Below, piece after piece: positions 47,703 to 57,417 of a stretch of 64,000 nucleotides of DNA. The notes beneath the pieces were generated by a model. The model saw only the letters and a program-made list of their open reading frames with translations, was not told the DNA's origin and did no database searches. Within the stretch, counting starts at the first letter, position 1. Each line of letters starts with the position of its first letter. The stretch lies in contig JBDSMH010000049.1 of assembly GCA_039915945.1 (NCBI GenBank), positions 5,627 through 69,626 on the forward strand, in the 5' to 3' direction. A program made the position numbers and the translations under genes. The stretch comes from Acidimicrobiales bacterium (GTDB taxonomy: Bacteria > Actinomycetota > Acidimicrobiia > Acidimicrobiales > WLNW01).

Positions 47703-47778
47703 TGGAGCCCGAGCGGGGAGTCGAACCCCGGACCTATTCATTACGAGTGAATCGCTCTGCCGACTGAGCTACCCGGGC
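47703..47778 (-). tRNA. tRNA-Thr (anticodon CGT), CCA encoded
   Basis: Hand-folded: acceptor GCCCGGG/CTCGGGC, D-arm GCTCAGTCGGCAGAGC, anticodon loop CTCGTAA, T-arm CGGGG-TTCGACT-CCCCG, 3' TCCA. Confidence 0.85.
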
Positions 47779-47823
47779 AACTCCGCAAAAGATAGCGGCC
47801 AACGCGGCCAGTGAGGCGAGCGA

Positions 47824-47869
47824 TTCCCAAACACCCTTTCCGCACCGTGTTCCCAAACACCCTTTCCGC
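47824..47869. repeat. perfect 20-bp direct repeat TTCCCAAACACCCTTTCCGC x2, 26-bp period
   Basis: 47824-47843 and 47850-47869 are identical. They lie between tRNA-Thr(CGT) and the GGDEF-EAL gene start. Confidence 0.9.
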
Positions 47870-47886
47870 CCTACCGTCCTGAGGCC

Positions 47887-50535
47887 GTGTGCCGTACCAT
47901 GCGCATGCGCCTAACTTCGGCCAGCGGAGACACTGCACAGGTGGTTGCCGAAACATCTGAACCATCTCCTGATCTCGAGCCCGATCAGGCCACAGCGATT
48001 GTGTCTCGCGCGCCGATTGGTGTAGCCGAACTCGACTCCAACATGAATCTGCGGTGGGCCAACGACCTCTTCGCATCGATCGCGGGCTACGGCGTCGACG
48101 AAGACAATCCCCGCTTCGCGTTCGACTTCGTGCACCCGGGCGACCAAGGCCAACTCTTCGTGCCGCCGACCGAAGGCGTCGTCGTCGCGCGATGCCGCAC
48201 CCGCGTCATCGACGGCGAGGTGCAAGGGGTGCGCATCACCCTCAAGCGTTCCGATCTTCAGAACACGACCATCGTCATCGCATTCGTCGAGCCGCTCGAC
48301 TCTCCGCAAGCGCCGATGTTGAGTGATCTCTACGAAGCGACCCGCAGCTACTCCGCGTTGTTCCAGAATCTCACCGACATCGTTGCGGTGTGCGACGCCG
48401 ACGGACACATCAAAATGGTGTTGCCCGGCACCGCGACCGTGCTCGGGTGGGATGCGCGTTCATTGAACGAACGGGTGCTCTGGGATTTCTGCCATCCCGA
48501 CGAGATCGACCAGGCAAAAGCGGCGTTCGAGCTCATGACGCACATGCCGGGCGTGCCGATCACGCGCGAGTTCCGCATGTTGCATGCCGCCGGCACATGG
48601 TGTTGGCTCAACCTCAAAGGCGTGAGCCTGCTCGGTGATCCGCAAATCGGCAGCGTCATCCTCATCGCCAACGACGTCACCGAACGCCGGCAGGCCGAAG
48701 CCTTGCAGCGCAACCAGAGCGAGATCTTCGAGCTCATCGCCTGCCGCGCCAAGATCGAGTTGATCCTGGCCCGCATCGCGCAGTTGGTCGAAGAAAACAC
48801 CCAAGGTGCGCGCGCCGGCATCTTCGTGCTCGACGACGATCGCCTCAAGTTGGGTATCGCCCCGCGCGTACCGGCGCCGCTCGTCGACAGCATCGTGGGC
48901 ACCGGTCGCCGCCGGTGGTTCGGTGCTATCCGCAGCGCACTCATCGAACAGCGGATGACTGTCGTCGAAGACACCACGTCGAGTGAGTTGTACATCGCCC
49001 ATCGACAGCTGCTCGAAGACGTAGGGATCCGTTCGTCGATCGCGGTGCCCATCGCCGACGACGACGAGTCGCTCGCCGGCGTGCTGAGCGTCTACTTCGA
49101 CTCTCCCCGATACACGTCCGAAGGCGAACGCACCGTGGCGGAGAACGCGGCGCGGCTGGCGGCGATCGCACTACAGCGCCACCGCGCCGACGAGCGCCTG
49201 TCGCATCTCGCGCACCACGACAAGTTGACCAACTTGCCCAACCGCGCCCTGCTGCAAGAAAAGCTCGAAGACGGCATTCGTTACGCCCGCCAGCACCGCT
49301 CGTCGGTCGCGGTCATGTTCCTCGATCTCGACAACTTCAAGATCGTCAACGACAGCTTCGGTCATGCCACCGGCGATCAACTGTTGATCCGCTTTGCCGA
49401 GCGGCTGCGCACGCTGGTTCGCCCCAACGACATCCTCGGTCGCTTCGGCGGCGACGAGTTCGTGGTGTTGCTCGAACACGTGCAAAACGCCGAAGACGCC
49501 ATTCCGGTCGCCGAGCGACTGCTCGAAGACCTCAAGCGCCCGTTCCACATCAAGGGCCGCAACGTCTTTCTCACCGTCAGTGTCGGCATCGCCGTGTCCA
49601 ACAAAGGTCGCGACTCGGGCGAGATCCTGCTGCGCAACGCCGACTCGGCCATGTACAAGGCAAAGGGTCGCGGCCGGTCGCGCATCGAGGTCTTCGCGGA
49701 CGCGCTGACCGCAACCGCGTCGGCCCGCCTGTTGCTCGAAGGTGACCTCCGCCAAGCGATCGAGCGCGAGCAGTTCATCCTCCACTGGCAACCAAAGATC
49801 GCGCTCGACACCGGTCGCATCGTCAGCGCCGAGGCGTTGGTGCGGTGGGCCCATCCGACCCGCGGCATGCTCGAACCAGCCGAGTTCATCCACGTCGCCG
49901 AAGAACTCGAGATCATCGACGAGATCGGTCAGTGGGTGCTCGAAGAAGCGATCCGGCAGCGGATCGCCTGGGATGCCGAACACGGCGACGAAGCGCCGTG
50001 GTCGATCGCGGTCAACGTGTCGGCGCTACAACTCTCGGCGCCGCGCGCGGCCGAGACCGTCGCGATGGTGCTCGAACGCTTCGACTGGCCGGCCGAGCGC
50101 CTCGTGCTCGAGCTCACCGAGAGCGTGCTCATGGACGAAGTATCCGAGGCCGCGCCGGTGTTGCTGCGCCTCAAAGAGAGCGGCATCCAGATCGCCATCG
50201 ACGACTTCGGTACCGGCTATTCGTCGTTGTCGTACCTGCACCGGTTCCCCGTCGATCAGGTGAAGCTCGACAAGTCGTTCGTCGACAACATCAACTCCGA
50301 TGGCGAAGGCTCCCCCATCGCCCGCGCGGTCATCAACATGGCGCACGCGCTGGGCATCAGTGTCACCGCCGAAGGCGTCGAGACCATCGAGCAAGCACGC
50401 GGGCTGCGCGTGCTCGGCTGCGAGCGCGCGCAAGGCTTCTTGTTCGGCCGCCCGGTCGCGGCAATCGAGTTCTCGGCACTGTTGCGCAAGAAGCCCCGAT
50501 TTGTCACGCTCGCCGAAGGCGTCACTGCCGCCTAG
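47887..50535 (+). CDS. PAS/PAS-GAF-GGDEF-EAL multidomain c-di-GMP turnover protein
   Basis: 882 aa. 'RFGGDEFVVLL' (GGDEF), 'EALVRW', 'DDFGTGYSSLSYL', 'KLDKSF' (EAL). The N-terminal half has PAS-like and GAF-like segments. The start is uncertain (GTG at 47887 or ATG at 47899). Confidence 0.88.
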   Translation: MCRTMRMRLTSASGDTAQVVAETSEPSPDLEPDQATAIVSRAPIGVAELDSNMNLRWANDLFASIAGYGVDEDNPRFAFDFVHPGDQGQLFVPPTEGVVVARCRTRVIDGEVQGVRITLKRSDLQNTTIVIAFVEPLDSPQAPMLSDLYEATRSYSALFQNLTDIVAVCDADGHIKMVLPGTATVLGWDARSLNERVLWDFCHPDEIDQAKAAFELMTHMPGVPITREFRMLHAAGTWCWLNLKGVSLLGDPQIGSVILIANDVTERRQAEALQRNQSEIFELIACRAKIELILARIAQLVEENTQGARAGIFVLDDDRLKLGIAPRVPAPLVDSIVGTGRRRWFGAIRSALIEQRMTVVEDTTSSELYIAHRQLLEDVGIRSSIAVPIADDDESLAGVLSVYFDSPRYTSEGERTVAENAARLAAIALQRHRADERLSHLAHHDKLTNLPNRALLQEKLEDGIRYARQHRSSVAVMFLDLDNFKIVNDSFGHATGDQLLIRFAERLRTLVRPNDILGRFGGDEFVVLLEHVQNAEDAIPVAERLLEDLKRPFHIKGRNVFLTVSVGIAVSNKGRDSGEILLRNADSAMYKAKGRGRSRIEVFADALTATASARLLLEGDLRQAIEREQFILHWQPKIALDTGRIVSAEALVRWAHPTRGMLEPAEFIHVAEELEIIDEIGQWVLEEAIRQRIAWDAEHGDEAPWSIAVNVSALQLSAPRAAETVAMVLERFDWPAERLVLELTESVLMDEVSEAAPVLLRLKESGIQIAIDDFGTGYSSLSYLHRFPVDQVKLDKSFVDNINSDGEGSPIARAVINMAHALGISVTAEGVETIEQARGLRVLGCERAQGFLFGRPVAAIEFSALLRKKPRFVTLAEGVTAA

Positions 50536-50544
50536 GTCGTGCAC

Positions 50545-51603
50545 TCACGCGACCGCTGGTACTTGCAACAGTAACGCTTCGAGTAACAGCGCTTCGTTCG
50601 GGTTGCGGATCAACGCCTCGGCCGACGCAGTGATGCGGCCGATGGCTTCGGCCATCGGCGCCGGATCGCGCGTCGTGAGCAACTGATCGCGGTAGACGCC
50701 GGCCAGCGTGGCCAGGCCGAGACGCAGCTCGTCCTCGCGCAACAGCCGCGTTTCGCGGCGATGCCGTTCGTCGAGCTGCCGACGTCGTGAACCGCGCGCA
50801 CCGAACTGCTCTTCCCACGCGTCGATGTCGTCGCGTTCACGGGCTTGGCGCTCGTCGAGTGGTACTTGCGCGTCATCGATCAACGCCCGCAGGTTGGCGA
50901 CCAGATCGGCGACGGTCGAGCCCGTGCCGTCGAGTCGTGTCGGTATGTCGAGCCACGCATCACGACGGGCGACGAATCGCTCGTCGCCGGCGAGGAGCAT
51001 TGCCCGATCGACGTTGCCGCCCGACGCGGTCGCGATGAGCGCGGCGCGCTCAGGATCGACACCGGCAGTTGCGAGATGTTCGACGATCGCGCCTTCGGCC
51101 ACCGGCGGGAAGTCGATGCGGACACAGCGCGAAGCCACCGTGACGTGTTCGGGCGGGATCTCTTCGGACAGGAGGACGAAGATCGAACTCGGCGGCGGTT
51201 CCTCGATGGTCTTGAGCAAGGTCGCGGCTGCTTCGGGCTCGGCCGTGTGAAATCGATCGACGACGATCACTTTGCGTCGGCCCTCGATAGGCGAACGCGA
51301 TCCCTCGGTGATGATGATGTCCGCCTCGGTGCGCCGCAACGTGCGTCCTTCGGGCGCAACGATGACGAGGTCGGGATGTTGTTCGTTCAGCGCCAGGCGT
51401 CGATGGCGCGCACCGTCGCTGTCCGGGTCACCGAGCGCCAGCAACTCGCCGGCGAAGATCGCCGCGGCCACTCGTTTACCTGCGCCACGCGGCCCGACGA
51501 ACAGATACGCGTGTACCGGCGCGGCGGTTGCGGCCCCGAGCAACGCCGTCGCCCGCGGTTGCCCCACGACCTTCGACCACACGGGCTCGCCGTCAGCGCT
51601 CAT
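50545..51603 (-). CDS. holB: DNA polymerase III subunit delta'
   Basis: 352 aa from the ATG at 51603 (ATGA overlap with tmk). 'HAYLFVGPRGAGK', 'KVIVVDRFH', 'LLKTIEEPP'. Confidence 0.85.
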   Translation of the reverse strand: MSADGEPVWSKVVGQPRATALLGAATAAPVHAYLFVGPRGAGKRVAAAIFAGELLALGDPDSDGARHRRLALNEQHPDLVIVAPEGRTLRRTEADIIITEGSRSPIEGRRKVIVVDRFHTAEPEAAATLLKTIEEPPPSSIFVLLSEEIPPEHVTVASRCVRIDFPPVAEGAIVEHLATAGVDPERAALIATASGGNVDRAMLLAGDERFVARRDAWLDIPTRLDGTGSTVADLVANLRALIDDAQVPLDERQARERDDIDAWEEQFGARGSRRRQLDERHRRETRLLREDELRLGLATLAGVYRDQLLTTRDPAPMAEAIGRITASAEALIRNPNEALLLEALLLQVPAVA

Positions 51604-52217
51604 GGTGTCAGGGCCTCTAACCGTTCGTGCAGTATCCAATCGATGCGGGCCGCCACTTCCTCGATCGACCCTTCGCCGTCGATGACGGCCCATCGTTTCG
51701 GATCTGCACCGGCCAGCGTACGAAAGCCATCGCGGACACGGCGATGGAAGGCGGCCGACTCTGATTCGAGGCGGTCGCGCTGACCACCGAGGCGCACATC
51801 GGCAACGTGGTCGGACACTTCGAGCAACAACACGAGGTCGCCGCGGAGACCCCCCGTCGCGAAGTCGAGCACCCGCTCGAGATCCTCGAGATCGAGGCCA
51901 CGCCCGAACCCTTGGTAGGCAAGTGCGGAATCGACGAAACGATCGCAAACCACGTCACGCCCGGCGTCGAGCGCGGGTTCGATGATGGCGCGCACGTGCT
52001 GCGCCTTGTCCGCCGCGATCAGCAACGCCTCGGCGCGCGCGTCGAGATGATGCGTGTCGGGATCGAGCACGATTTGGCGCATGATCTGGCCGAGCTCGGT
52101 CGCGCCGGGCTCGAACGTGAACAGCGCACCGAGTCGTTCCGCGAGTCGGCGGGCCTGCGTCGACTTGCCACAGGCCTCACCGCCTTCGAAGACGATGAAG
52201 CGACCGCGTTGGTGCAT
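51600..52217 (-). CDS. tmk: dTMP kinase
   Basis: 205 aa. P-loop 'FIVFEGGEACGKSTQ', 'DRFVDSALAYQG'. Confidence 0.9.
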   Translation of the reverse strand: MHQRGRFIVFEGGEACGKSTQARRLAERLGALFTFEPGATELGQIMRQIVLDPDTHHLDARAEALLIAADKAQHVRAIIEPALDAGRDVVCDRFVDSALAYQGFGRGLDLEDLERVLDFATGGLRGDLVLLLEVSDHVADVRLGGQRDRLESESAAFHRRVRDGFRTLAGADPKRWAVIDGEGSIEEVAARIDWILHERLEALTP

Positions 52218-53665
52218 CAGACGTGTTCCACCATCTCGAGGTTCGACAGCTCGTCATCCCTCAGATCGATGATGACACGGCGCCGCTCGCCCGCGCGCAA
52301 GGACCACCACGACAAGGTGGCCGCGAGCAAGATGATCAAACCGGCGAGCCACAACGTCAAGCGCACCCCGGGGATGTCGATGTTGAAACCGAACGGCGCA
52401 ACCCGACCGTCCCACCAACGATTCGACAAGCTGTCGAGCGCTTCGGACAGGAATGGACCGACCGCCATCGCCAGCAAGAGACAAAGGCGCACGAGCGAGT
52501 ACAGCGCGGTGAACACTCGCCCGCGCAACGCGTCGCCGACATTTTCGTGGAGCAACGTGAAACCGAGTACGTAGATCGTGCCGGCACCGATGCCGATGAG
52601 CGCGACGAGAAACACTGCGGGCGTGAGCGTCGATGTCGACGCCGCGGCGATGAGCGCGCTGCCCGCAAGCACCAGGCCACCGGTGAACAACCACTCTTTC
52701 GGCACGTACGACTGCACGAGCGTCAGCGACACCACGCCAACGGCCACGCCGACGCCCAACGCGAATGTGACCGAGCCGTAACCGGGGTCGCCGGCGCCCA
52801 GCACTTGCCGCACGAAGGTCGGCCCGAGCGGGATGAGCATGCCGCCACCGATCAAGCCACACGCCAGACCGATGTTGACCGCCCGTACGACCGGATTGAT
52901 GAAGATGAAATGCCAGCCTTCTTTGAACTCCCTCACGGTCGCACCGGGATCGAACCGACGCCCGTTGGTCGCAACGACCTCGCGTTCGGCTTTGTGGATC
53001 GGAAGCCGCCACACGATGCACGCGGTGACGAGGAACGTCAGCGCGTTGAAGTAGAACGCCAAACCGAGACGGTCGAGGTGGATCGCATTGAGCGCCGACG
53101 AATCGGCCCACCAGTCGGCCATCTTGGCGAAGACGATGAGCAATCCGGCGCCGAGCGGATAGGTGCCGTAGGCCGCGACCATCGACAGTGAGTTCGCCGA
53201 CGTGAGGTAGCTCTTGGGCACGAGGTTGGGAACGCTCGCTTCTTTGGCGGGCGACCACAACAGCGTGAACACCTCGAGGACCAACGACGCCAGGATCAAG
53301 CCGAGGACCGAATCGACGAAGGGCAACGAGATCATCAATGCGGCCCGCGCCAGGTCGCAGGTGATCATCACCTTCTTGCGGTCCCAACGGTCGACCAGCA
53401 CCCCGGCCCACGGCGCCAAGAAGAAGCCGGGCGCCACGCGCGCGCCGAGCACGAGACCGACGGCGACACCTTCGGCTCGGTCGCTCACCGACGCCGTCAG
53501 GGCAATGATGGCCATGAGCCCGAGCCAGTCACCGGTCGCCGAGACGACCTGCGCCAGCCACAAGCGGAAGAAGGCGGGCGTGCCGAACACCCTCGACGTG
53601 CGCACCTCGAGGGGGGAGCCGCCTTCGGCCGCGGAAGCCTCGAACGGCGGGATCATCCCCTCCAC
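52217..53665 (-). CDS. MFS transporter (EntS/MFS_3-like)
   Basis: 482 aa and about 12 predicted TM segments. 'FFRLWLAQVVSATGDWLG', 'GVLVDRWDRKKVM'. Confidence 0.8.
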   Translation of the reverse strand: MEGMIPPFEASAAEGGSPLEVRTSRVFGTPAFFRLWLAQVVSATGDWLGLMAIIALTASVSDRAEGVAVGLVLGARVAPGFFLAPWAGVLVDRWDRKKVMITCDLARAALMISLPFVDSVLGLILASLVLEVFTLLWSPAKEASVPNLVPKSYLTSANSLSMVAAYGTYPLGAGLLIVFAKMADWWADSSALNAIHLDRLGLAFYFNALTFLVTACIVWRLPIHKAEREVVATNGRRFDPGATVREFKEGWHFIFINPVVRAVNIGLACGLIGGGMLIPLGPTFVRQVLGAGDPGYGSVTFALGVGVAVGVVSLTLVQSYVPKEWLFTGGLVLAGSALIAAASTSTLTPAVFLVALIGIGAGTIYVLGFTLLHENVGDALRGRVFTALYSLVRLCLLLAMAVGPFLSEALDSLSNRWWDGRVAPFGFNIDIPGVRLTLWLAGLIILLAATLSWWSLRAGERRRVIIDLRDDELSNLEMVEHV

Positions 53666-53707
53666 GTTAGAACGCCAAGGGGCGCAACTCCCGAATTGAT
53701 GGTCGCC

Positions 53708-56512
53708 CTACTTCTTGGCCGGCCTCTTCGCCGCCGCCTTCGCGGCCTTGCGGGGGGCCTTCTTGGCCGGTGCCTTGGCCCGTTTGGCGGCCGGGCGAGC
53801 CGCCGCCTTCTTGGTCGTTCCCCGTCCGCGCTTGGCCGGGGGCCCGGCGGCGCGTCGCTCGGCGAGGAGTTCGCAGGCCCGCTCGAGGGTCAGTTCCTCG
53901 ACCATGTCGCCCTTGCGCAGCGACGCGTTGGTCTCCCCGTCGGTGACGTACACCCCGAAGCGACCGTCCTTGGCCACGATCGGTTTGCCGGTATCGGGAT
54001 CCACCCCGATCTCGCGCAGCGGGCCCTTGGCCTCGCCCTGGCCCCGTCGGCGCTTGGGCTCGGCCAGGATCAGCAGCGCCTCGTCGAGGGAGAGCGTGAA
54101 CAACTGATCCTCACCGGCGAGGCTGCGGCTGTCGTTGCCCTTCTTGACGTAGGGCCCGTATCGGCCGTTCTGCACCGTTATCTCTTCGTTGTCGGCCGGG
54201 TCGGCGCCCAACACACGCGGTAACGACAGCACCTTGAGCGCCTCGTCGAGCGTGATGGTTTCGAGCGACATCGACGACAGCAACGACGCGCTCTTCGGCT
54301 TGTCCTTGCTGGCGGGATCGGCGTGACCGAGTTGCACATACGGCCCGAAGCGCCCGTTGCGGGCCAGCACGTCGAGGCCGGTCTCGGGATCGAGACCCAC
54401 CGAGCGATCGTCCGGGGTGTCGAGCAACTCGATGGCCTTTTCGAGCGTGAGCTCGTCGGGCGCCATGTCGTCGCGGATGCTGCGAGATTTCTCACCGCAC
54501 TGGAGGTAGGGACCGTTCTTGCCGACGCGGGCGACGATCGGCTCGCCGTCGGCGGTGACGCCGAGCGGGATCGAGTTGATGGCCCGGGCGTCGATCTCGC
54601 CGAGCCGGTCGTTGACCATCTCTTTGAGACCGGGAACATCGGTGAGACCGAAGTAGAAGCGGCTCAACCAGGGCACGGCCTCTTGGACGCCGTTGGCGAT
54701 CTCGTCGAGGTCGTCTTCCATGCGGGCGGTGAACGCGTAGTCGACGAGGTTGGGGAAATGCTCTTCGAGCAACGTGACGACGCTGAACGCGGTGAGCGTC
54801 GGCACCAACGCCGAACCCTTCTTCCACACGTAGCCGCGGTCTTGGATGGTCGTCATGATCGACGCGTAGGTCGACGGGCGGCCAACGCCCAACTCTTCGA
54901 GCTTTTTGACGAGCGACGCCTCGGTGAATCGCGGAGGAGGCGAGGTCTCGTGGCCGTCGGGGGTCAGATCGGCGACATCGAGTGCTTCGCCGCTCACGAC
55001 GTTAGGCAAGCGCCGTTCGTCGCTGTCGCGATCGGCGTCGTCGTCGACGTCTTCGACGTAGGCGCGGCGGAAGCCGGCATGCGTGATGATCGTGCCGGTG
55101 GCCGAGAACTCGGTTGCTCTACCGGTGCGGGTGTCGCCTCCGACACGCACGACGACGGTCTCGCCCACGGCGTCGGTCATCTGCGACGCGACGGTGCGTT
55201 GCCAGATCAATTCGTAGACACGCGCTTCGGTGGTCGACAGCTCTTTGGCAACTTGCTCGGGGAGCCTGAACGATTCGCCGGCGGGGCGAATCGCTTCGTG
55301 CGCCTCTTGCGCGTTCTTGACTTTGCTGGCGTATTGACGGGGTGCGTCGGGGAGGAAGTCACGGCCGTAGCGTTCGCCGATGATCGAACGCGCTGCGGCG
55401 ACTGCGGTATCGGACAGCGTCGTGCTGTCGGTCCGCATATACGTGATATAGCCCTTTTCGTAGAGCGCCTGTGCGAAACGCATCGCCTCACGCGACGAAA
55501 GGCGCAGCTTGCGTGACGCCTCTTGCTGGAACGTCGACGTCATGAACGGCGCTGCCGGGCGGCGGCGGTACGGCTTTGACTCCACGGAGTTGACCGCGAA
55601 GTTCGTGTCGGCCAAGTCATCGAGCAACACCGCCGACGCGGGCTCGTCGAGCACGATGACGTCGGATTTGGTCTGGCCCTTCGAGTCGAAGTCGCGGCCG
55701 GTGGCGACGCGCTTGCCATCGAGTCCGGTAAGTGTCGCCGCGAACGAACGAGGTTCGCCCTCTTCGAGTTCGCCGACCTTGTGGAACGTCGCACTCAGAT
55801 CCCAGTAGCGGGCGCTGACGAAACGCATGCGCTCTCGCTCACGTTCGACCACGATGCGCGTGGCGACACTCTGCACGCGTCCGGCCGACAGGCGCGGCAT
55901 GACCTTCTTCCAGAGGACCGGCGACACCTCGTAGCCGTACAGCCGGTCGAGCATGCGTCGCGCTTCTTGCGCGTCGACCAGCCGGCGATCGAGTTCGCGG
56001 GGATTGTCGATAGCTTCGAGAATGGCCTTCTTGGTGATCTCGTGGAACACCATGCGCTTGACCGGCACTCGTGGATGCAGCACCTCGAGGAGATGCCACG
56101 CGATGGCTTCGCCTTCGCGATCCTCATCAGTGGCGAGGTAGATCTCGTCGACCTCCTTCACCAACGACCGCAGTTTTTTGATCTGATCCTTGCGGTCCGA
56201 CGAGATGACGTAGAGCGGCTTGAAGTCGTTGTCGACATCGATGCCGAGCCTGGCCCACGACTCGTGCTTGTACGCCGCGGGGACGTCGGCGGCATTTCTC
56301 GGAAGGTCGCGGACGTGGCCGATCGAGGATTCGACGACGTACTCGGACCCCAGGTAGCCGGCGATGGTTTTCGCCTTGGCCGGAGATTCGACGATGACAA
56401 GAGCGGTAGGCACGGTTCCCGACGGTAGGTACTGGAGCGGGCCGATTGTCAAGCCGCGCTGGTGGATGGGTGTGTCGGGCACCTTAGGCCCCCCGGCCCC
56501 AAACCACTCCAC
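53708..56512 (-). CDS. topA: DNA topoisomerase I
   Basis: 934 aa. Toprim 'LVIVESPAKAKTI', 'ATDEDREGEAIAWH', active-site region 'ITYMRTDS'. It has a Lys/Ala-rich basic C-tail typical of actinobacterial TopA. GTG start at 56512; the true start may be further in. Confidence 0.93.
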   Translation of the reverse strand: MEWFGAGGPKVPDTPIHQRGLTIGPLQYLPSGTVPTALVIVESPAKAKTIAGYLGSEYVVESSIGHVRDLPRNAADVPAAYKHESWARLGIDVDNDFKPLYVISSDRKDQIKKLRSLVKEVDEIYLATDEDREGEAIAWHLLEVLHPRVPVKRMVFHEITKKAILEAIDNPRELDRRLVDAQEARRMLDRLYGYEVSPVLWKKVMPRLSAGRVQSVATRIVVERERERMRFVSARYWDLSATFHKVGELEEGEPRSFAATLTGLDGKRVATGRDFDSKGQTKSDVIVLDEPASAVLLDDLADTNFAVNSVESKPYRRRPAAPFMTSTFQQEASRKLRLSSREAMRFAQALYEKGYITYMRTDSTTLSDTAVAAARSIIGERYGRDFLPDAPRQYASKVKNAQEAHEAIRPAGESFRLPEQVAKELSTTEARVYELIWQRTVASQMTDAVGETVVVRVGGDTRTGRATEFSATGTIITHAGFRRAYVEDVDDDADRDSDERRLPNVVSGEALDVADLTPDGHETSPPPRFTEASLVKKLEELGVGRPSTYASIMTTIQDRGYVWKKGSALVPTLTAFSVVTLLEEHFPNLVDYAFTARMEDDLDEIANGVQEAVPWLSRFYFGLTDVPGLKEMVNDRLGEIDARAINSIPLGVTADGEPIVARVGKNGPYLQCGEKSRSIRDDMAPDELTLEKAIELLDTPDDRSVGLDPETGLDVLARNGRFGPYVQLGHADPASKDKPKSASLLSSMSLETITLDEALKVLSLPRVLGADPADNEEITVQNGRYGPYVKKGNDSRSLAGEDQLFTLSLDEALLILAEPKRRRGQGEAKGPLREIGVDPDTGKPIVAKDGRFGVYVTDGETNASLRKGDMVEELTLERACELLAERRAAGPPAKRGRGTTKKAAARPAAKRAKAPAKKAPRKAAKAAAKRPAKK

Positions 56513-56525
56513 GCGGTCGAAACGG

Positions 56526-57059
56526 CTACTCCAAGTAGCGGATATCGCCTTCGGACGCCTCGAGGACCGCGATGGCGGCCTCGTGGAGGCGTTGGTGCAG
56601 TTCGCGAAATCGTTCGGTTTCGGGGTCGGCCTCGCGGCTGTCGTGCGGCGTTACCCGCGACGGGTGCTGGCCGCTGGGCTCGTGGGTCAACAACTCGAAC
56701 GCCGCGTCCCAGTCGGTCTCCTCCGCCCGCAACTTGAGCCGCATCACCGGCGCCTGGATCAGCGCACGATCGAGGTCGTTGACGATCGAGAGCACGACAT
56801 CGGTGCTCGTGCGCACGCCGGGCAGCGCCAACAGGCGAAGGGCCTGCAACTTGCGCATCGCGAGGGCGGCGATCATGACCGGGTCGGACATTTCGCGCAC
56901 GACAGCGTCGATGTCACTGAGGTCGAGCGAGACGATGCTCGGCACCCGGAACCAACGCCGGAGCGTCTCGAAGAGCTCCTCGGTGACCGAGTGCAGCGCC
57001 AAGAGCGCGTCCGGTTTGAGGATCACCTCGGGGCCCGAACCCGCTGTGTCGTCACTCAT
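56526..57059 (-). CDS. hypothetical 177-aa protein
   Basis: The ORF is tightly packed between the STAS gene (9-nt gap) and topA (13-nt gap). No motif recognised. Confidence 0.55.
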   Translation of the reverse strand: MSDDTAGSGPEVILKPDALLALHSVTEELFETLRRWFRVPSIVSLDLSDIDAVVREMSDPVMIAALAMRKLQALRLLALPGVRTSTDVVLSIVNDLDRALIQAPVMRLKLRAEETDWDAAFELLTHEPSGQHPSRVTPHDSREADPETERFRELHQRLHEAAIAVLEASEGDIRYLE

Positions 57060-57068
57060 GGGCGCACG

Positions 57069-57392
57069 CTACGCGTCGGGGAGTTCGGCGGCCGAATCGC
57101 GCAGGCCGAACACCGTGACCAGCTCCGTCAGTTCGAAGATCCGGCGCAAACGAGGCTCGGGACAGATGACGACCAACTCACCGTCGTGGGTCCGCGCCCG
57201 TTTGAGCGCGGCGACGAGCATGCCGAGACCGGTCGAGTCGACGAAATCGGCGGCCGTGAGGTCGATGGCGATGAGGCGGGCCCCACTCGAGAGCAACTGG
57301 AGAACGAGCTGGCGCAGCGCCGGCGCGGTCGCCATGTCGAGATCGCCCGTGACGTCGACGACGGACCACCCGTGATGTCGCCGCACCTCCAT
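57069..57392 (-). CDS. STAS-domain anti-sigma-factor antagonist
   Basis: 107 aa from the ATG at 57392 (the longest ORF starts at 57443 and would overlap the divergent helicase). 'VVDVTGDLDMATAPAL', phosphorylatable-Ser motif 'FVDSTGLGMLV', 'RRIFELTEL'. Confidence 0.8.
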   Translation of the reverse strand: MEVRRHHGWSVVDVTGDLDMATAPALRQLVLQLLSSGARLIAIDLTAADFVDSTGLGMLVAALKRARTHDGELVVICPEPRLRRIFELTELVTVFGLRDSAAELPDA

Positions 57393-57417
57393 AGGGCCGA
57401 CACCATACGCTGCTGTC

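Noticed and set aside
47779-47886. The direct repeat beside tRNA-Thr as attL/attR of an integrated element.
   Set aside because: There is no integrase, excisionase or phage/ICE gene nearby. The repeat does not contain the tRNA 3' end sequence, and both copies are on the same side of the tRNA, only 26 bp apart.
57376-57397. A second RecA-NDp-like motif (TGTCGccg-N8-TAGGGC) upstream of the DUF1998 helicase.
   Set aside because: The -10-like hexamer ends in C instead of the invariant T. It also overlaps the STAS start codon. The match is too weak to call.
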